64,000 nucleotides of DNA from an uncultured archaeon. Its GTDB lineage: Archaea > Thermoplasmatota > Penumbrarchaeia > JASLWR01. Location: positions 57,938 through 121,937 of the forward strand of contig CAYFHS010000011.1 in assembly GCA_964342815.1 (NCBI GenBank), in the 5' to 3' direction. This document shows, piece by piece, positions 8,201 to 17,323 of the stretch. The stretch's first letter is position 1. Every line of letters begins with the position of its first letter. Made by a program: the position numbers and the translations under genes. Below the pieces are notes generated by a model. The model was given only the letters and a program-made list of their open reading frames with translations. It was not told where the DNA came from and did no database searches.

Positions 8201-10744
8201 CCACTCGGTGTTGTTATACGTGAACATGTCCCTGTTGTTACCGTAACCGTCACCATCACTGTCCACCCATTCAAGAGGATCATAGGGAAATTCGTCACCG
8301 GTTACCACGTTGTACTGGATTCCCCTTATAACAACCTTCGAGCCGGGAACGTTATCTCCAAAACCGTCCCCGTCCGAATCCCTCCACTGTGTCTTCTCTG
8401 ATGGAAATGCATCTGAGAACGTATCTCCGAAGAAATCACCGTCGGCATCCACATATTCCAACCGGTTCCATGGAAGCTCGTCGAAAAAGTCCCCGTATCC
8501 GTCCGAATCGCTATCCAGCCACTCTGTGGGATCTATTGGAAAATCGTCCTGGTCGTCTGCAAATCCATCGCTGTCCGAATCCTCCTGAAATATTCCCTCT
8601 CCCTGGTTGATCATAACGGTTATGGAATACTTGCCACCCACGGCTGAAAGGGTGGCGATATCCAGCTTCCCGTCGAAATCGACGTCAGCGAGCTGTATTT
8701 CCAAGGGCTCCTCGTTAACCGTATAGTCCGTTCGGGAGCCGAATGTCCCGTCACCCTTGTTAATGAATATACTTACCGTATCGTCCTCCTTGTTGGCGGT
8801 TACGATATCCGGGAATGTGTCTCCGTTCACGTCCCCCACGGCAACTGCGGAGGGATTGTTTCCGGTGGTATAAGTCCTTTTGTTATTAGCCCCAAATAGC
8901 CCCGCTGAATTGTAATAGACCTCCATATTGTTATTGGATTCGGATACACCAATTATCTCCGCACGGTTATCCCCCGTCAGATCGGACACGGCAAAGGCAT
9001 CTATGGCGATAGCATAATCATCACTCAGTGCGAGGCCGCCGGTTCCGTCCGCACGCCAAACCGTTATCCTTTTACCATTTGATACTACAACATCAGAAAA
9101 ACTGTTATCCGTAACGTCACCCACTTCGCTTCGCTCAGGACCTATTATGGTGGTGTGGTTGGAATTCCATACCGCCACACCGTTTACGGTATCATATACA
9201 CTTATATTGTCCTGCTCAGTGTTTACTACAACTATCCTGGCAGTTTCCTTGAGGTAGCTTAAATCGTTTGTTGAACCGTTCAGTACGAGATTGTTTGCGC
9301 TTGAGAAATTACCGAATCCCCCGTTGGGATATATCTTCAGTAGCTTCTGACCCTTTATCGTTATAATAATGTCATCTCCGTTCTTGGCATCGGTATTCCC
9401 CAATACCAGTGATGTCGGTACCCCCTGTGTGGCAATGTTCGTACGGTTTCCGAATAAACCCACAAAATTGTCCGTCTTTACTGTGATCTGAAGCCCGTTA
9501 GTCACAACGAGATTCAGCCCGAATGCAGCCATGTTCAGATCGGCAAAGGCGAATTTATTAGGTTTCTGTGTTAGAGCGAAATCCCTTCTACCCGTGAAGA
9601 AACTGCCCAAACCGTTGTTTGCCAGGATGGTGACGTACGGCGTACCGAAGGGATGAATGTTCCATGAACAGTAGTTAACTGTAACAACATCGATATCGGA
9701 ATCTGCATCCATATCCGCCACCTTGATATCCTTTGGAAACGTGCCCACAGGATAGTTTATGCTCTTTCGGAATTTCCCGTCCCCGTCATTATAAAGGACT
9801 GTGATAGTATGATCGTTTTCATTAGATGTCAATATGTCCATGTCCCCGTCAGCGTCGACGTCTCCAGCCGTTACAGAACTGGCTCCCCTTCCTACTAGGT
9901 TCTCGTTCCGAACAATCCCGTTTCCGTTGAATCTTAGGATGGTGACCCTATCGTTTCCGCAAGTGATTATGTCCCCCAACCGGTCCCCGTTGATATCTAC
10001 AATAGTAACGGAGTTGGGTTTGTTGGATGTTCTGAAATCAATCTTGGGGTTGAAACCACCAGCCCCGTTATTAAGCAGCATCGAGACCTTGCTGTCGTTC
10101 TTGTTGGCAGTGACAATATCGAGATGGCCATCGTTGTTGATATCTCCCACATCCACTCCCTGAGGGTTCTGCCCCACCCCTAACGGAATCGCACCTCCGA
10201 AAGCCCCGGCTCCGTTGTTCTTCAATATTGCTACCTGGCCGACCTCGTAGAGCGAAGCCACAATGTCTGGACCGTTATTCTTGTCCACGTCACCCACTGC
10301 AATCTTCCAGGGGGCTGCTCCAACCGCGTATTCCGTGTGGTTACCGAAGCCTCCCGAACCGTTATTAAGGAGAACGGACACCGAATCGTTGCCGGCATTG
10401 GCCACGGCAAGGTCCTCATACCCGTCGCCGTTGAGATCCGCCACAACGACGTACCGTGGATAATTACCAACCGAGTAATTGGTAACAGTCAGGCCGTTGC
10501 CTTTGTTCAAAAAAACTGATACATTGTGCAATTCGATGTTCGCAGTAACGATATCGGTGCCGTTACCCCGGTCGAAATCCCCGGTATCTACGGAAATTGC
10601 ACCTTCGCCGGTGTTGAACCACCCGGTGCTGCTGTCCACCTGTTCCCCGTCAACTTGATCGGGGACGATTGCCAGAATTCCAAGTAAGCTGTTCGCAACG
10701 AGAATAATCCAGATAAATATCGCTGTTGTTCTTTTCATTTCCAT
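5252..10744 (-). CDS. 1830-aa membrane-anchored surface protein: FG-GAP/VCBS repeats, thrombospondin type-3-like Ca-binding repeats, TM helix, charged disordered tail
   Basis: Signal peptide, repeated GD(L/V)NGDG..D(L/I)(A/V)VAN motifs, long run of DSDGDGxGDNxDxFP repeats, TM LGLSSPILIGLLVLGQLW, then KKKK and an E/P-rich tail. Confidence 0.9.
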   Translation of the reverse strand: MEMKRTTAIFIWIILVANSLLGILAIVPDQVDGEQVDSSTGWFNTGEGAISVDTGDFDRGNGTDIVTANIELHNVSVFLNKGNGLTVTNYSVGNYPRYVVVADLNGDGYEDLAVANAGNDSVSVLLNNGSGGFGNHTEYAVGAAPWKIAVGDVDKNNGPDIVASLYEVGQVAILKNNGAGAFGGAIPLGVGQNPQGVDVGDINNDGHLDIVTANKNDSKVSMLLNNGAGGFNPKIDFRTSNKPNSVTIVDINGDRLGDIITCGNDRVTILRFNGNGIVRNENLVGRGASSVTAGDVDADGDMDILTSNENDHTITVLYNDGDGKFRKSINYPVGTFPKDIKVADMDADSDIDVVTVNYCSWNIHPFGTPYVTILANNGLGSFFTGRRDFALTQKPNKFAFADLNMAAFGLNLVVTNGLQITVKTDNFVGLFGNRTNIATQGVPTSLVLGNTDAKNGDDIIITIKGQKLLKIYPNGGFGNFSSANNLVLNGSTNDLSYLKETARIVVVNTEQDNISVYDTVNGVAVWNSNHTTIIGPERSEVGDVTDNSFSDVVVSNGKRITVWRADGTGGLALSDDYAIAIDAFAVSDLTGDNRAEIIGVSESNNNMEVYYNSAGLFGANNKRTYTTGNNPSAVAVGDVNGDTFPDIVTANKEDDTVSIFINKGDGTFGSRTDYTVNEEPLEIQLADVDFDGKLDIATLSAVGGKYSITVMINQGEGIFQEDSDSDGFADDQDDFPIDPTEWLDSDSDGYGDFFDELPWNRLEYVDADGDFFGDTFSDAFPSEKTQWRDSDGDGFGDNVPGSKVVIRGIQYNVVTGDEFPYDPLEWVDSDGDGYGNNRDMFTYNNTEWNDTDYDGHGDNADVFPTDPLEWVDSDNDGYGNNRDMFPYNNSEWNDTDYDGHGDNSDVFPVDPLEWVDSDNDGYGNNRDMFPYNNTEWNDTDSDGHGDNSDLYPANPFEWMDSDSDGYGDNGDAFPFDGGEWNDTDGDGHGDNGDVFPLDPTEWLDSDGDGVGDNRDAFPQDINEWRDSDSDGHGDNSDLFPANPYEWMDSDSDGYGDNGDAFPFDENEWNDTDGDGHGDNGDQFLNNPGEWRDSDGDGVGDNSDAFPQNRNEWKDTDSDGYGDNSDRFPKNPYEWMDSDKDGYGDNGDAFPFDGTEWNDTDNDGHGDNSDIFVDDPYEWEDFDGDGVGDNRDDDDDNDNISDIMETSAGYDPLDSNSTPPDADSDGIPDTLDNDNDNDGVLNDDDAFPYDRTERSDFDGDGIGDNADTDDDNDNTSDINDAFPKNPNEWADNDGDGIGDNSDTDDDNDGYSDALEIAEKTDYTSSLSTPLDTDGDLVPDSYDTDDDNDLIPDTSDPFPTDPNEWQDTDGDLVGDNADTDDDNDNISDDMDLFPLNPREIIDTDGDGVGDNTDQDIDGDEVVNYLDAFPYNANESKDTDGDGLGNNEDSDDDNDGVPDMDEPAGYSFDAYGTNRSLLFSEDPQESGDFDKDGTGDNADPDDDNDGIPDEDDRYPKDAESGWIQLFSYKLPTKYIFNFLEVLGLSSPILIGLLVLGQLWKWRRYHFMKNGIEAAETRKEIDRFWDSRADLMINGGVVDVREAIKLKDLFDKRRKKMKKKHKKKKYKYWEGMQPPMMPMAEYPMGEVSQTEEPGEADHAPQADDSPDREVINDETTVKIPKEEDSPGNEIIEEIPVDAFEEPEVKEEITVEKGMAQPPEQEPEVKAEPDIPEESSELVFEEATDKPGGDTGSDWGEVDENPADALEEELEEEMFDMTENSIEADEIGEDEWGEESSPPTSIEQEPAAEPSDTPPPPEAPPSDEIDFDDLMDELG
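7190..8590 (-). repeat. Intragenic tandem 66-bp (22-aa) TSP3-like repeats with 132-bp and 264-bp higher-order periods
   Basis: GAACAT anchors at 7958/8090/8222 (132-bp period); GTCCATCCA anchors at 7337/7601/7865 (264-bp period). Confidence 0.9.
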
Positions 10745-10878
10745 ACCTCACTTTCTGTAGAATAAAAAACATTTTACCAGAGATATATGTGGTTTTATAA
10801 AAATGATGCTTTGTATGTCTAAAATAAATGGAAAATGAACAGTGATTTAATAAAATTATTGAGGGGACTGACTTTCTT

Positions 10879-11712
10879 TTAAATGCTCAAACTCATGTAT
10901 TCATTCTTTAATAACAACGCGTCGTCTTCAATACTGGGACTCTCGCAGATCACCACACCAGCACAGTCGAAATCCTTCATGGTTTTTACCAGATCCCTGT
11001 AGTTCAGATCCGATTTTTCCAGCTCCAGGTGTCTCTTTTCCCCTCTCGGGCCGTATTCGATACCGGAGATGTGTATGTGGAGATTCTTCAATTCGTCAGC
11101 ACCCAGTCTTGTCTCCATCTCCTCGAAAACATTAGCGAAATCCTCGTAGGTATTGTATGCGCCGTTTAGAGCGTGAAGATGTGCAAAATCGATGCAAGGG
11201 TGAATGCCTTCGATCTCCTCGCAGAGGCGCAGTATCTCGGGGAGCTTTCCGAAGGATTTTATCTTTCCCATAAGTTCGGGACATACTCTGACATCGTTAT
11301 TTTCCGCAGCTAGTGTTTCCACAACCTTTTCAAGGGCCTCTTTCATGATGTCATAAGTCTTATTTGTGTCATTCTCGTAATAATAACCAGCGTGGAATGT
11401 GATGGACCTGCCGCCGCACTTCTTTAAAATCCTTGCCGTGTTCAATATTCTTTCCATGGATTTGATTCTCACATCGTCCTTCTCCGAGGCTAGATTGACG
11501 TAATAGGGGCCGTGAGCCGTGAGAACGACCCCGCTTTCCCGTGCGGCCACACTGGCTTTTTCCGCCAATGAATCACTCATTCTGACGCCTCTGACGAATT
11601 CCAGCTCCATGGCATCAAGTCCCAGTTCTCTTACCCTCATTATTCCCTCGGGAGTCCCTCTCTTCTTTGTGCTGAGAGGAATCCCCGCTGTACCGAAACA
11701 CAATCGCTCCAT
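10879..11712 (-). CDS. Archaeal endonuclease IV-like / AP endonuclease family 2 TIM-barrel protein
   Basis: MERLCFGTAGIP, ELEFVRG, HGPYYVNLAS, FHAGYY, ELMGK, IDFAHLHA, HIHISGIEY, HL, ESP zinc-ligand pattern. Confidence 0.85.
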   Translation of the reverse strand: MERLCFGTAGIPLSTKKRGTPEGIMRVRELGLDAMELEFVRGVRMSDSLAEKASVAARESGVVLTAHGPYYVNLASEKDDVRIKSMERILNTARILKKCGGRSITFHAGYYYENDTNKTYDIMKEALEKVVETLAAENNDVRVCPELMGKIKSFGKLPEILRLCEEIEGIHPCIDFAHLHALNGAYNTYEDFANVFEEMETRLGADELKNLHIHISGIEYGPRGEKRHLELEKSDLNYRDLVKTMKDFDCAGVVICESPSIEDDALLLKNEYMSLSI

Positions 11713-11953
11713 GTCAAAACCCCAAGTAAACCGGATGAATCGAGATTCACCCGGAAATAAAATGCATTATGACATAAATCTATATAAAAAAGTAACGGTA
11801 TATACTGTTGATAAACACCCGGGGGGGGGTCGTTTAGCATTTATTTTCAGTGATCAAAAATAAGCTATCGTACCGAAATCTCGGAGATTAATTAGGATAT
11901 ATCCGGGATGACCCGAAATGTCTTTGCATCGAAAACAGTAAAGGGGTGACCCA

Positions 11954-12289
11954 ATGGCGGACAAGCTGACAGAGGACTCGTCAAAGTACAAATCGCTTAT
12001 CGAGGAGTATTACAAGGGACAAATCGTGAGAGCGCTGGTTGTCTTACAGGTACAAGCCGATAAAGGCGACGAGATTGCAATGACCCTTTCGAAAGTGAGT
12101 CATGTAAAAGATGTCTTTCTGGTAACGGGAGAAGCAGATATCATACTGAAGGTAACATTCGAACGTCCCGAGGAACTCATGTCATTTATCATGAAAGACG
12201 TATCGAAGCTTCCGGGCGTCATCGACTCCAAAGTATTGATGATCCTCACGAGCTATAAAGAAATGGGAAGAATCGTAATAGAGGAATAG
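11954..12289 (+). CDS. Lrp/AsnC ligand-binding-domain protein
   Basis: RALVVLQV...VKDVFLVTGEADIILKV...LPGVIDSKVLMIL RAM-domain pattern; SD GGGGTGA. Confidence 0.8.
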   Translation: MADKLTEDSSKYKSLIEEYYKGQIVRALVVLQVQADKGDEIAMTLSKVSHVKDVFLVTGEADIILKVTFERPEELMSFIMKDVSKLPGVIDSKVLMILTSYKEMGRIVIEE

Positions 12290-12318
12290 GTCAATGGATT
12301 GCGAATGGCATAAATCCC

Positions 12319-13335
12319 TTAAAAGAAATCCAGCCGAATCTGCCTGTGGGCAGGGTTGATTGCTTCTATCTTTTCAATATACTTTTTGATTGTGGATTCC
12401 GTGAACTGGTGTCCGTCCATGTAGAGTTCTAGCAAGCGGTCGATCTGGGGTCTTTTCCATATCAGCTCGTAATCGGTGCTGGCTTCGGGGTTCAGAAATA
12501 TGTTTCGGATCTCTTCGTAATGCTCTATCTCGTAACCTGTTTCCGCTATGACATCCTCGAGTTTACCATGCTTCTTTATCAGTTTTAATGACTTCTTTGG
12601 GCCGATCCCTTTTATCCCTTCGTTAAAATCGGTTCCTATCAATATGGCCATGTCCACCAACTGTTCACGTGATATGCCGTGGGTTTCAAGTACCTCTGAG
12701 AGCCGTATCTTCTCGATATTCACCGTTTTGTAATGCCGTTTACCAGGCATCTTCCTTCTCCCTGACATGGTAATATTTCTTATGAGAGTAGTGGAGCCAA
12801 ACAGCAGGGAATCGAAATCCTGCGAGCCAGTAGCATACACTTCACCCTTTGCTGTCATTAAGCTGGCCTGTGCCTCCCCGTCCGATGTCGCCTGCACCCA
12901 GGGTATCCCCATGAGTTCGATAACATGTTTTGTCTCCCGAACCATTTCGTGCGTGAAATGGGATGTCTGCTGCGCCTTCGATCTCGCTCTTTCCATGTCC
13001 CCTTCCAAAAGAGCCTCCTTCCATTGCTCCATTGCCTCTTTCTTCCTCATGATCCTGTACGTAATGGTGCTCTCCTTCAAGGGATGTGGTGCACCATCGA
13101 AGACAAACACAGGCTTGATCCCGGCTTCAAGGAGATTGGAGGTTCGGCTAAGGAGGCCCATGAGGTGAGATACCACGTTATCGTTGTCATCGGTGAGCGG
13201 TCGTCCGTCCCTCAATCGAATGGAGGCTAGGAACTGATATATCATGTTGTAAGTGTCGAGAGCTATGATCTTTCCCGATAGCTCATCTAGAGAAATTGTC
13301 TCTGGCTCAAGCAGTGTTTTCAGGTTGATACCCAT
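12319..13335 (-). CDS. fen: Flap endonuclease 1
   Basis: MGINL..., ALDTYNMIYQFLASIR, PVFVFDG, DGEAQAS, SQDFDSLLFG, ILIGTDFN.GIKGIGPKKSL, C-terminal PIP box RQIRLDFF. Confidence 0.97.
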   Translation of the reverse strand: MGINLKTLLEPETISLDELSGKIIALDTYNMIYQFLASIRLRDGRPLTDDNDNVVSHLMGLLSRTSNLLEAGIKPVFVFDGAPHPLKESTITYRIMRKKEAMEQWKEALLEGDMERARSKAQQTSHFTHEMVRETKHVIELMGIPWVQATSDGEAQASLMTAKGEVYATGSQDFDSLLFGSTTLIRNITMSGRRKMPGKRHYKTVNIEKIRLSEVLETHGISREQLVDMAILIGTDFNEGIKGIGPKKSLKLIKKHGKLEDVIAETGYEIEHYEEIRNIFLNPEASTDYELIWKRPQIDRLLELYMDGHQFTESTIKKYIEKIEAINPAHRQIRLDFF

Positions 13336-13582
13336 TACTTCACCTTCTTCACACAGTAAAGCGGAGGCCTTTAATCAAGACCTGCTTCTGATATGATATC
13401 GCACGGAGTGTAATAAAGTTTACGGGCAGGAAAGCACCCATGCAAAAAGCCTTTCCCCCCTCCATGTCAATTGAGTAAAAACGATTTTGAATAATACGAA
13501 AAAGGCCGCGCTAACTATAAAAATACGTAAGATATATAGTTTGGAAAGAAATATAATAAGGTAAAAGAAAAGATATACTCCC

Positions 13583-16192
13583 TTGCATCACTTTCATGGG
13601 ATGATATTCATGTTTACAAGGCGCCCGATGGACACATTTTTCTCAATACTGATCCTGGTTCCGGTCATATTGATCTGTTTTCAGATGATTGGAAATACCG
13701 ATTTTTCTTTTTCGCGCAGCGCAGCTGCGGATGATTACTGGAAAGCTTATTGGGATTCGGACTTCGACAATTGGGACTATATGAACCTCACTATCGACGC
13801 GGAAGGTAACCTCACCCTCGAACAGGTCTTGGGGAACTACACCGGTTCCGGGAACGCCACTTCCACTCCCATGAATGCCGGTGCAGATGGAATATGGAAA
13901 ACGCTTAGCTGGAATGCCACAACAGAGCAGAACACATCGGTCAAGTTTCAAATAAGGAACGGTACAACCATGACCGAGTGTATTTCAAACGCGTTCTCGG
14001 GTCCCTTTGGCTCTGATTCATACTACGCCATATCAGGAAGTGCGATCAGCGGGCACCAAAATCGGGGGGAATGGATACAGTACAAGGTTTTTCTAAATAG
14101 CACAAATAATAGTATGACTCCCGTACTTAGCAATGTCAGCGCCACTTTCAATTTTTTTCCACGGATGCACGGCGGAGTTAGCCTGGTTTATGGTTACGAG
14201 GGAAAGTCGTACAATTTCACCAGCAGTTATTTCGACAGCAATAACGCACCGCCTTCCCTGATCGAAGTTGTAATAGACGGGGTGGGCCATGGAATGAATG
14301 AAAAAGACGGCAATGATACCGATCATTCCGACGGGAAGCAATATGTCTACAACACTCCTTTGGCGGCGGGACAGCATTCCTACTGGTTCATAGCCTCCGA
14401 CGGAGAGCTGAATTGTTCCACCGATGCTATGACTATAACGGTGGAGGAAGAAAGTGACGATGATGACGATGACGACGACGATGATCCGGTGTTGGCGGAT
14501 TTAAAATCCATTGATATCTTTCCCAAAAACGAGATAGTATTTATCGGTGGAACAATCCACTTCAATGCCGAGGGAATAAACAAAACCGGAGGGCATTTGG
14601 TGATAAATCCCACTTGGGCGGTCAACGGCGGTGGGACCATCGACGAGTACGGGCTTTTTACAGCTAGCTCAGACGGAAATTGGTACGTATATGCAAATGT
14701 TTCCGGGGTGCCGGGTCGCACAACGTTCACCGTAAGTGATGGGAAGCTTCATACTCTAATAATCACCCCAAAATCCACCAGCGTCCCCCTTGGTGGATGG
14801 TTTACTTTCACTTTTGAAAGTCTCGATAAATTCGGTCTTTCAGTTAACATTGAACCAGTATGGTCCGTGAACGGGGGCGGGAGCATAGAAAGCAATGGGG
14901 AATTCTATGCATCGAAGCTGGGAACATGGACCGTGTACGCCAATGCTTCAGGTATCAGCGGGACTGCCACCATAAGCGTGGGCGGGCTGCACCGGATCGA
15001 GCTTCATTCCAATGAAACATCGGAAAATGAAACAATTATCAATGTAAGCGAGTCAATAAAATTCACTGCAAAAGGGTATGGTTCGGATGGTAACGAGATA
15101 AACTTCACCCCCGTATGGTCCGTTAATGGGGGCGGTACAATAATAAATGGAACTTTCACTGCCACGGGATCCGGCAGGCGTATTATAACCGCAAGTTTCG
15201 GTGATGTGGCAGGAAGCGTGAACATCACGGTTGTAAGGCCGGATATTCCCCAGGATACGGATGATACAACCAATGAGGATTCTGCCAATGATGGCGAGTC
15301 CGAGCGAAGCGTGGACAAATTCAGAAAATGGGCGAAAAATAATTTTCCCACCATAATGTTGTTACTGGTAATGCTGCTGCTGTTCTTCTCGGTTATTATA
15401 TACATTGTATTTAGGAAAAAGGCAACTGAAGATGAAGCTGAAATTGAATATTCCGATGAAGATTGGGCAGAAGAAGTATCTTCTGATGAAATGACCTGGG
15501 GGAAGTCTTTAATACGGGAGGAGACGATTGAAATGGAAGATACGAACGAGTGGGAGGAGCTGGATACAATAAGCGAGTGGGATACTTGGACTGTCACAGA
15601 TTATGACCTTGAGTCTGCCAAACCAGTGAAGAGAAGATATCGACGAGAACGAAGAGGACGATACAGGCCGGAGAGGGATAACAAGATCGAATGGGACACT
15701 GGGCCCGTGGGTAGGGGTAAGAAAAAGACCTGGAGCCGATACAAACCCCCGGTGAAAAAGAGGAGGGGTAGGAAAAAGAAGAAACGCGAAGGGAAGTCCC
15801 GTAAGGAAGATTACCTTGATGAGGGTGACCTGCTGGATTACGATGATGCGGAAGATGAAGTGATCGATTACGAGGAGGAAGACCGCAGTTATGAGGATGT
15901 CCAGTTGGAGTTCGATGATGCGGAAGAAAAAGTGATCGATTTCATGGAGGAAGACCGCAGTTATGAGGATGACCGGCCTGAGTTCCTCGAAGAAGATGGG
16001 GAGGATGAGGAGGATGAGGATGAAGAAGAGGATGAAAGGGAATATGGAGAGGATGAAGGGGAAGATGAAGATGACAAACCAGAGCTTGAGGAGGAAGAAG
16101 AGGAATTTGAATTGGATGGAGGGGACGTTGATTTCTGGGAAGAAGAAATACTCGACGATAATGAAGAGGCTGATTTTTGGTATGACGGATAG
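13583..16192 (+). CDS. Membrane-anchored surface protein with Ig-like (Big_2-like) repeats and a long basic-then-acidic cytoplasmic tail
   Basis: Signal peptide, three (I/V/F)xPxW(S/A)VNGGG(T/S)I repeats, TM MLLLVMLLLFFSVIIYIVF, RK-rich then E/D-rich tail. The true start may be 13598-13628. Confidence 0.8.
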   Translation: MHHFHGMIFMFTRRPMDTFFSILILVPVILICFQMIGNTDFSFSRSAAADDYWKAYWDSDFDNWDYMNLTIDAEGNLTLEQVLGNYTGSGNATSTPMNAGADGIWKTLSWNATTEQNTSVKFQIRNGTTMTECISNAFSGPFGSDSYYAISGSAISGHQNRGEWIQYKVFLNSTNNSMTPVLSNVSATFNFFPRMHGGVSLVYGYEGKSYNFTSSYFDSNNAPPSLIEVVIDGVGHGMNEKDGNDTDHSDGKQYVYNTPLAAGQHSYWFIASDGELNCSTDAMTITVEEESDDDDDDDDDDPVLADLKSIDIFPKNEIVFIGGTIHFNAEGINKTGGHLVINPTWAVNGGGTIDEYGLFTASSDGNWYVYANVSGVPGRTTFTVSDGKLHTLIITPKSTSVPLGGWFTFTFESLDKFGLSVNIEPVWSVNGGGSIESNGEFYASKLGTWTVYANASGISGTATISVGGLHRIELHSNETSENETIINVSESIKFTAKGYGSDGNEINFTPVWSVNGGGTIINGTFTATGSGRRIITASFGDVAGSVNITVVRPDIPQDTDDTTNEDSANDGESERSVDKFRKWAKNNFPTIMLLLVMLLLFFSVIIYIVFRKKATEDEAEIEYSDEDWAEEVSSDEMTWGKSLIREETIEMEDTNEWEELDTISEWDTWTVTDYDLESAKPVKRRYRRERRGRYRPERDNKIEWDTGPVGRGKKKTWSRYKPPVKKRRGRKKKKREGKSRKEDYLDEGDLLDYDDAEDEVIDYEEEDRSYEDVQLEFDDAEEKVIDFMEEDRSYEDDRPEFLEEDGEDEEDEDEEEDEREYGEDEGEDEDDKPELEEEEEEFELDGGDVDFWEEEILDDNEEADFWYDG
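15841..15971 (+). repeat. 72-bp (24-aa) intragenic duplication DDAE(D/E)(E/K)VID(Y/F)xEEDRSYED
   Basis: CGATGATGCGGAAGA... at 15841 and 15913. Confidence 0.9.
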
Positions 16193-16351
16193 AATTCAAT
16201 AATTTCGGCAATACATGTAATTGAGTTAAATTGCATTATTCGGCTTCATATGAATAAATTGCTGCACGATCGACGGTAAAAGATACACGAGATGTTATAA
16301 CTTTCAGGGCTTGTGTCCTGTTGCGACATGATATGTATAAAGGTGTAGGAT

Positions 16352-17302
16352 ATGAGCGGGAAAGATCCTCAAAGCGAATACGATAACTATCTGGACGTAG
16401 CCATGGATATCGAGAATATGAAGATACGGGGCGCGGGCAAGATCGCGAGAATGGGCGCCTTCGCACTTCGCCTCTTTGCTGAGAAATATTCGAACGACGA
16501 GGCAGATTATTATGAAACGTTAACGAAAGCTGCTAAATTACTGTACGATACCCGACCTACAGCGGTATCTCTCGAAAACGCGCTTTTATCGGTACTCAAT
16601 TACGTGAGACCCGAGGAGAAGTTGGATGTTATGTTGTCCCAAACCATTGAAGGCGCGAATATTTTTATTCGGGAAGCATTCGAGTCCCGTGCGGAGCTTA
16701 CCCGTTTCGGAGCGGGACTCATCAAGGAGGATTACACCGTACACACCCATTGCAATTCAACTGCTGCCGTCGAATGCATTGTACGGGCCCATAACGACGG
16801 GAAAACGGTAAAAGTGCACTCTACGGAATCGCGGCCCCGGTATCAGGGGAGGATCACTGCAAGGGAGCTTGCGGCCGCTGGAATAGAAGTGAATATGCTG
16901 GTTGATTCGGCGGCTAGATTGTATATGGAGGATGCAGACCTTGTCATGGTGGGTGCGGATACGGTAGCCAGTGACGGCAGTCTCTACAACAAGGTTGGCA
17001 CGTGGCAGATAGCTCTTGCGGCCAGGGATTCCGGGGTGCCATTTTATACAGTTGCCGAGACTTTCAAGTTCTCACCCCGCACCCGTAGCGGAATCGAGAC
17101 CAAGATCGAGCTTAGAGATCCTAGAGAGATTGCAGACCCGGGGGACTTCCCCGGTGTTACAATTCTGAACCCTGCATTCGACAGGACCCCCGCATCGCTG
17201 ATAACTGGTATAATTACCGAGCAGGGAATAGTTGCTCCCGGTGAAGTTCCTGCTGTCATAGACCGGAAATTTGCTGGGAAGAAGGTCGATTTCTTCTACT
17301 GA
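16352..17302 (+). CDS. Ribose-1,5-bisphosphate isomerase (eIF-2B alpha/beta/delta family)
   Basis: MKIRGAGKIAR, TRPTAVSL, HTHCNSTAA, TESRPRYQG, VDSAAR, VGADTV, NKVGT, AETFKF, PAFDRTP. Confidence 0.88.
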   Translation: MSGKDPQSEYDNYLDVAMDIENMKIRGAGKIARMGAFALRLFAEKYSNDEADYYETLTKAAKLLYDTRPTAVSLENALLSVLNYVRPEEKLDVMLSQTIEGANIFIREAFESRAELTRFGAGLIKEDYTVHTHCNSTAAVECIVRAHNDGKTVKVHSTESRPRYQGRITARELAAAGIEVNMLVDSAARLYMEDADLVMVGADTVASDGSLYNKVGTWQIALAARDSGVPFYTVAETFKFSPRTRSGIETKIELRDPREIADPGDFPGVTILNPAFDRTPASLITGIITEQGIVAPGEVPAVIDRKFAGKKVDFFY

Positions 17303-17323
17303 TCTTTAATGATATGTGGTTAC

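Noticed and set aside
7958-8280. Regular 132-bp and 24-bp (56903) repeats as a possible CRISPR array
   Set aside because: They are in-frame coding repeats without unique spacers, and no cas genes are present.
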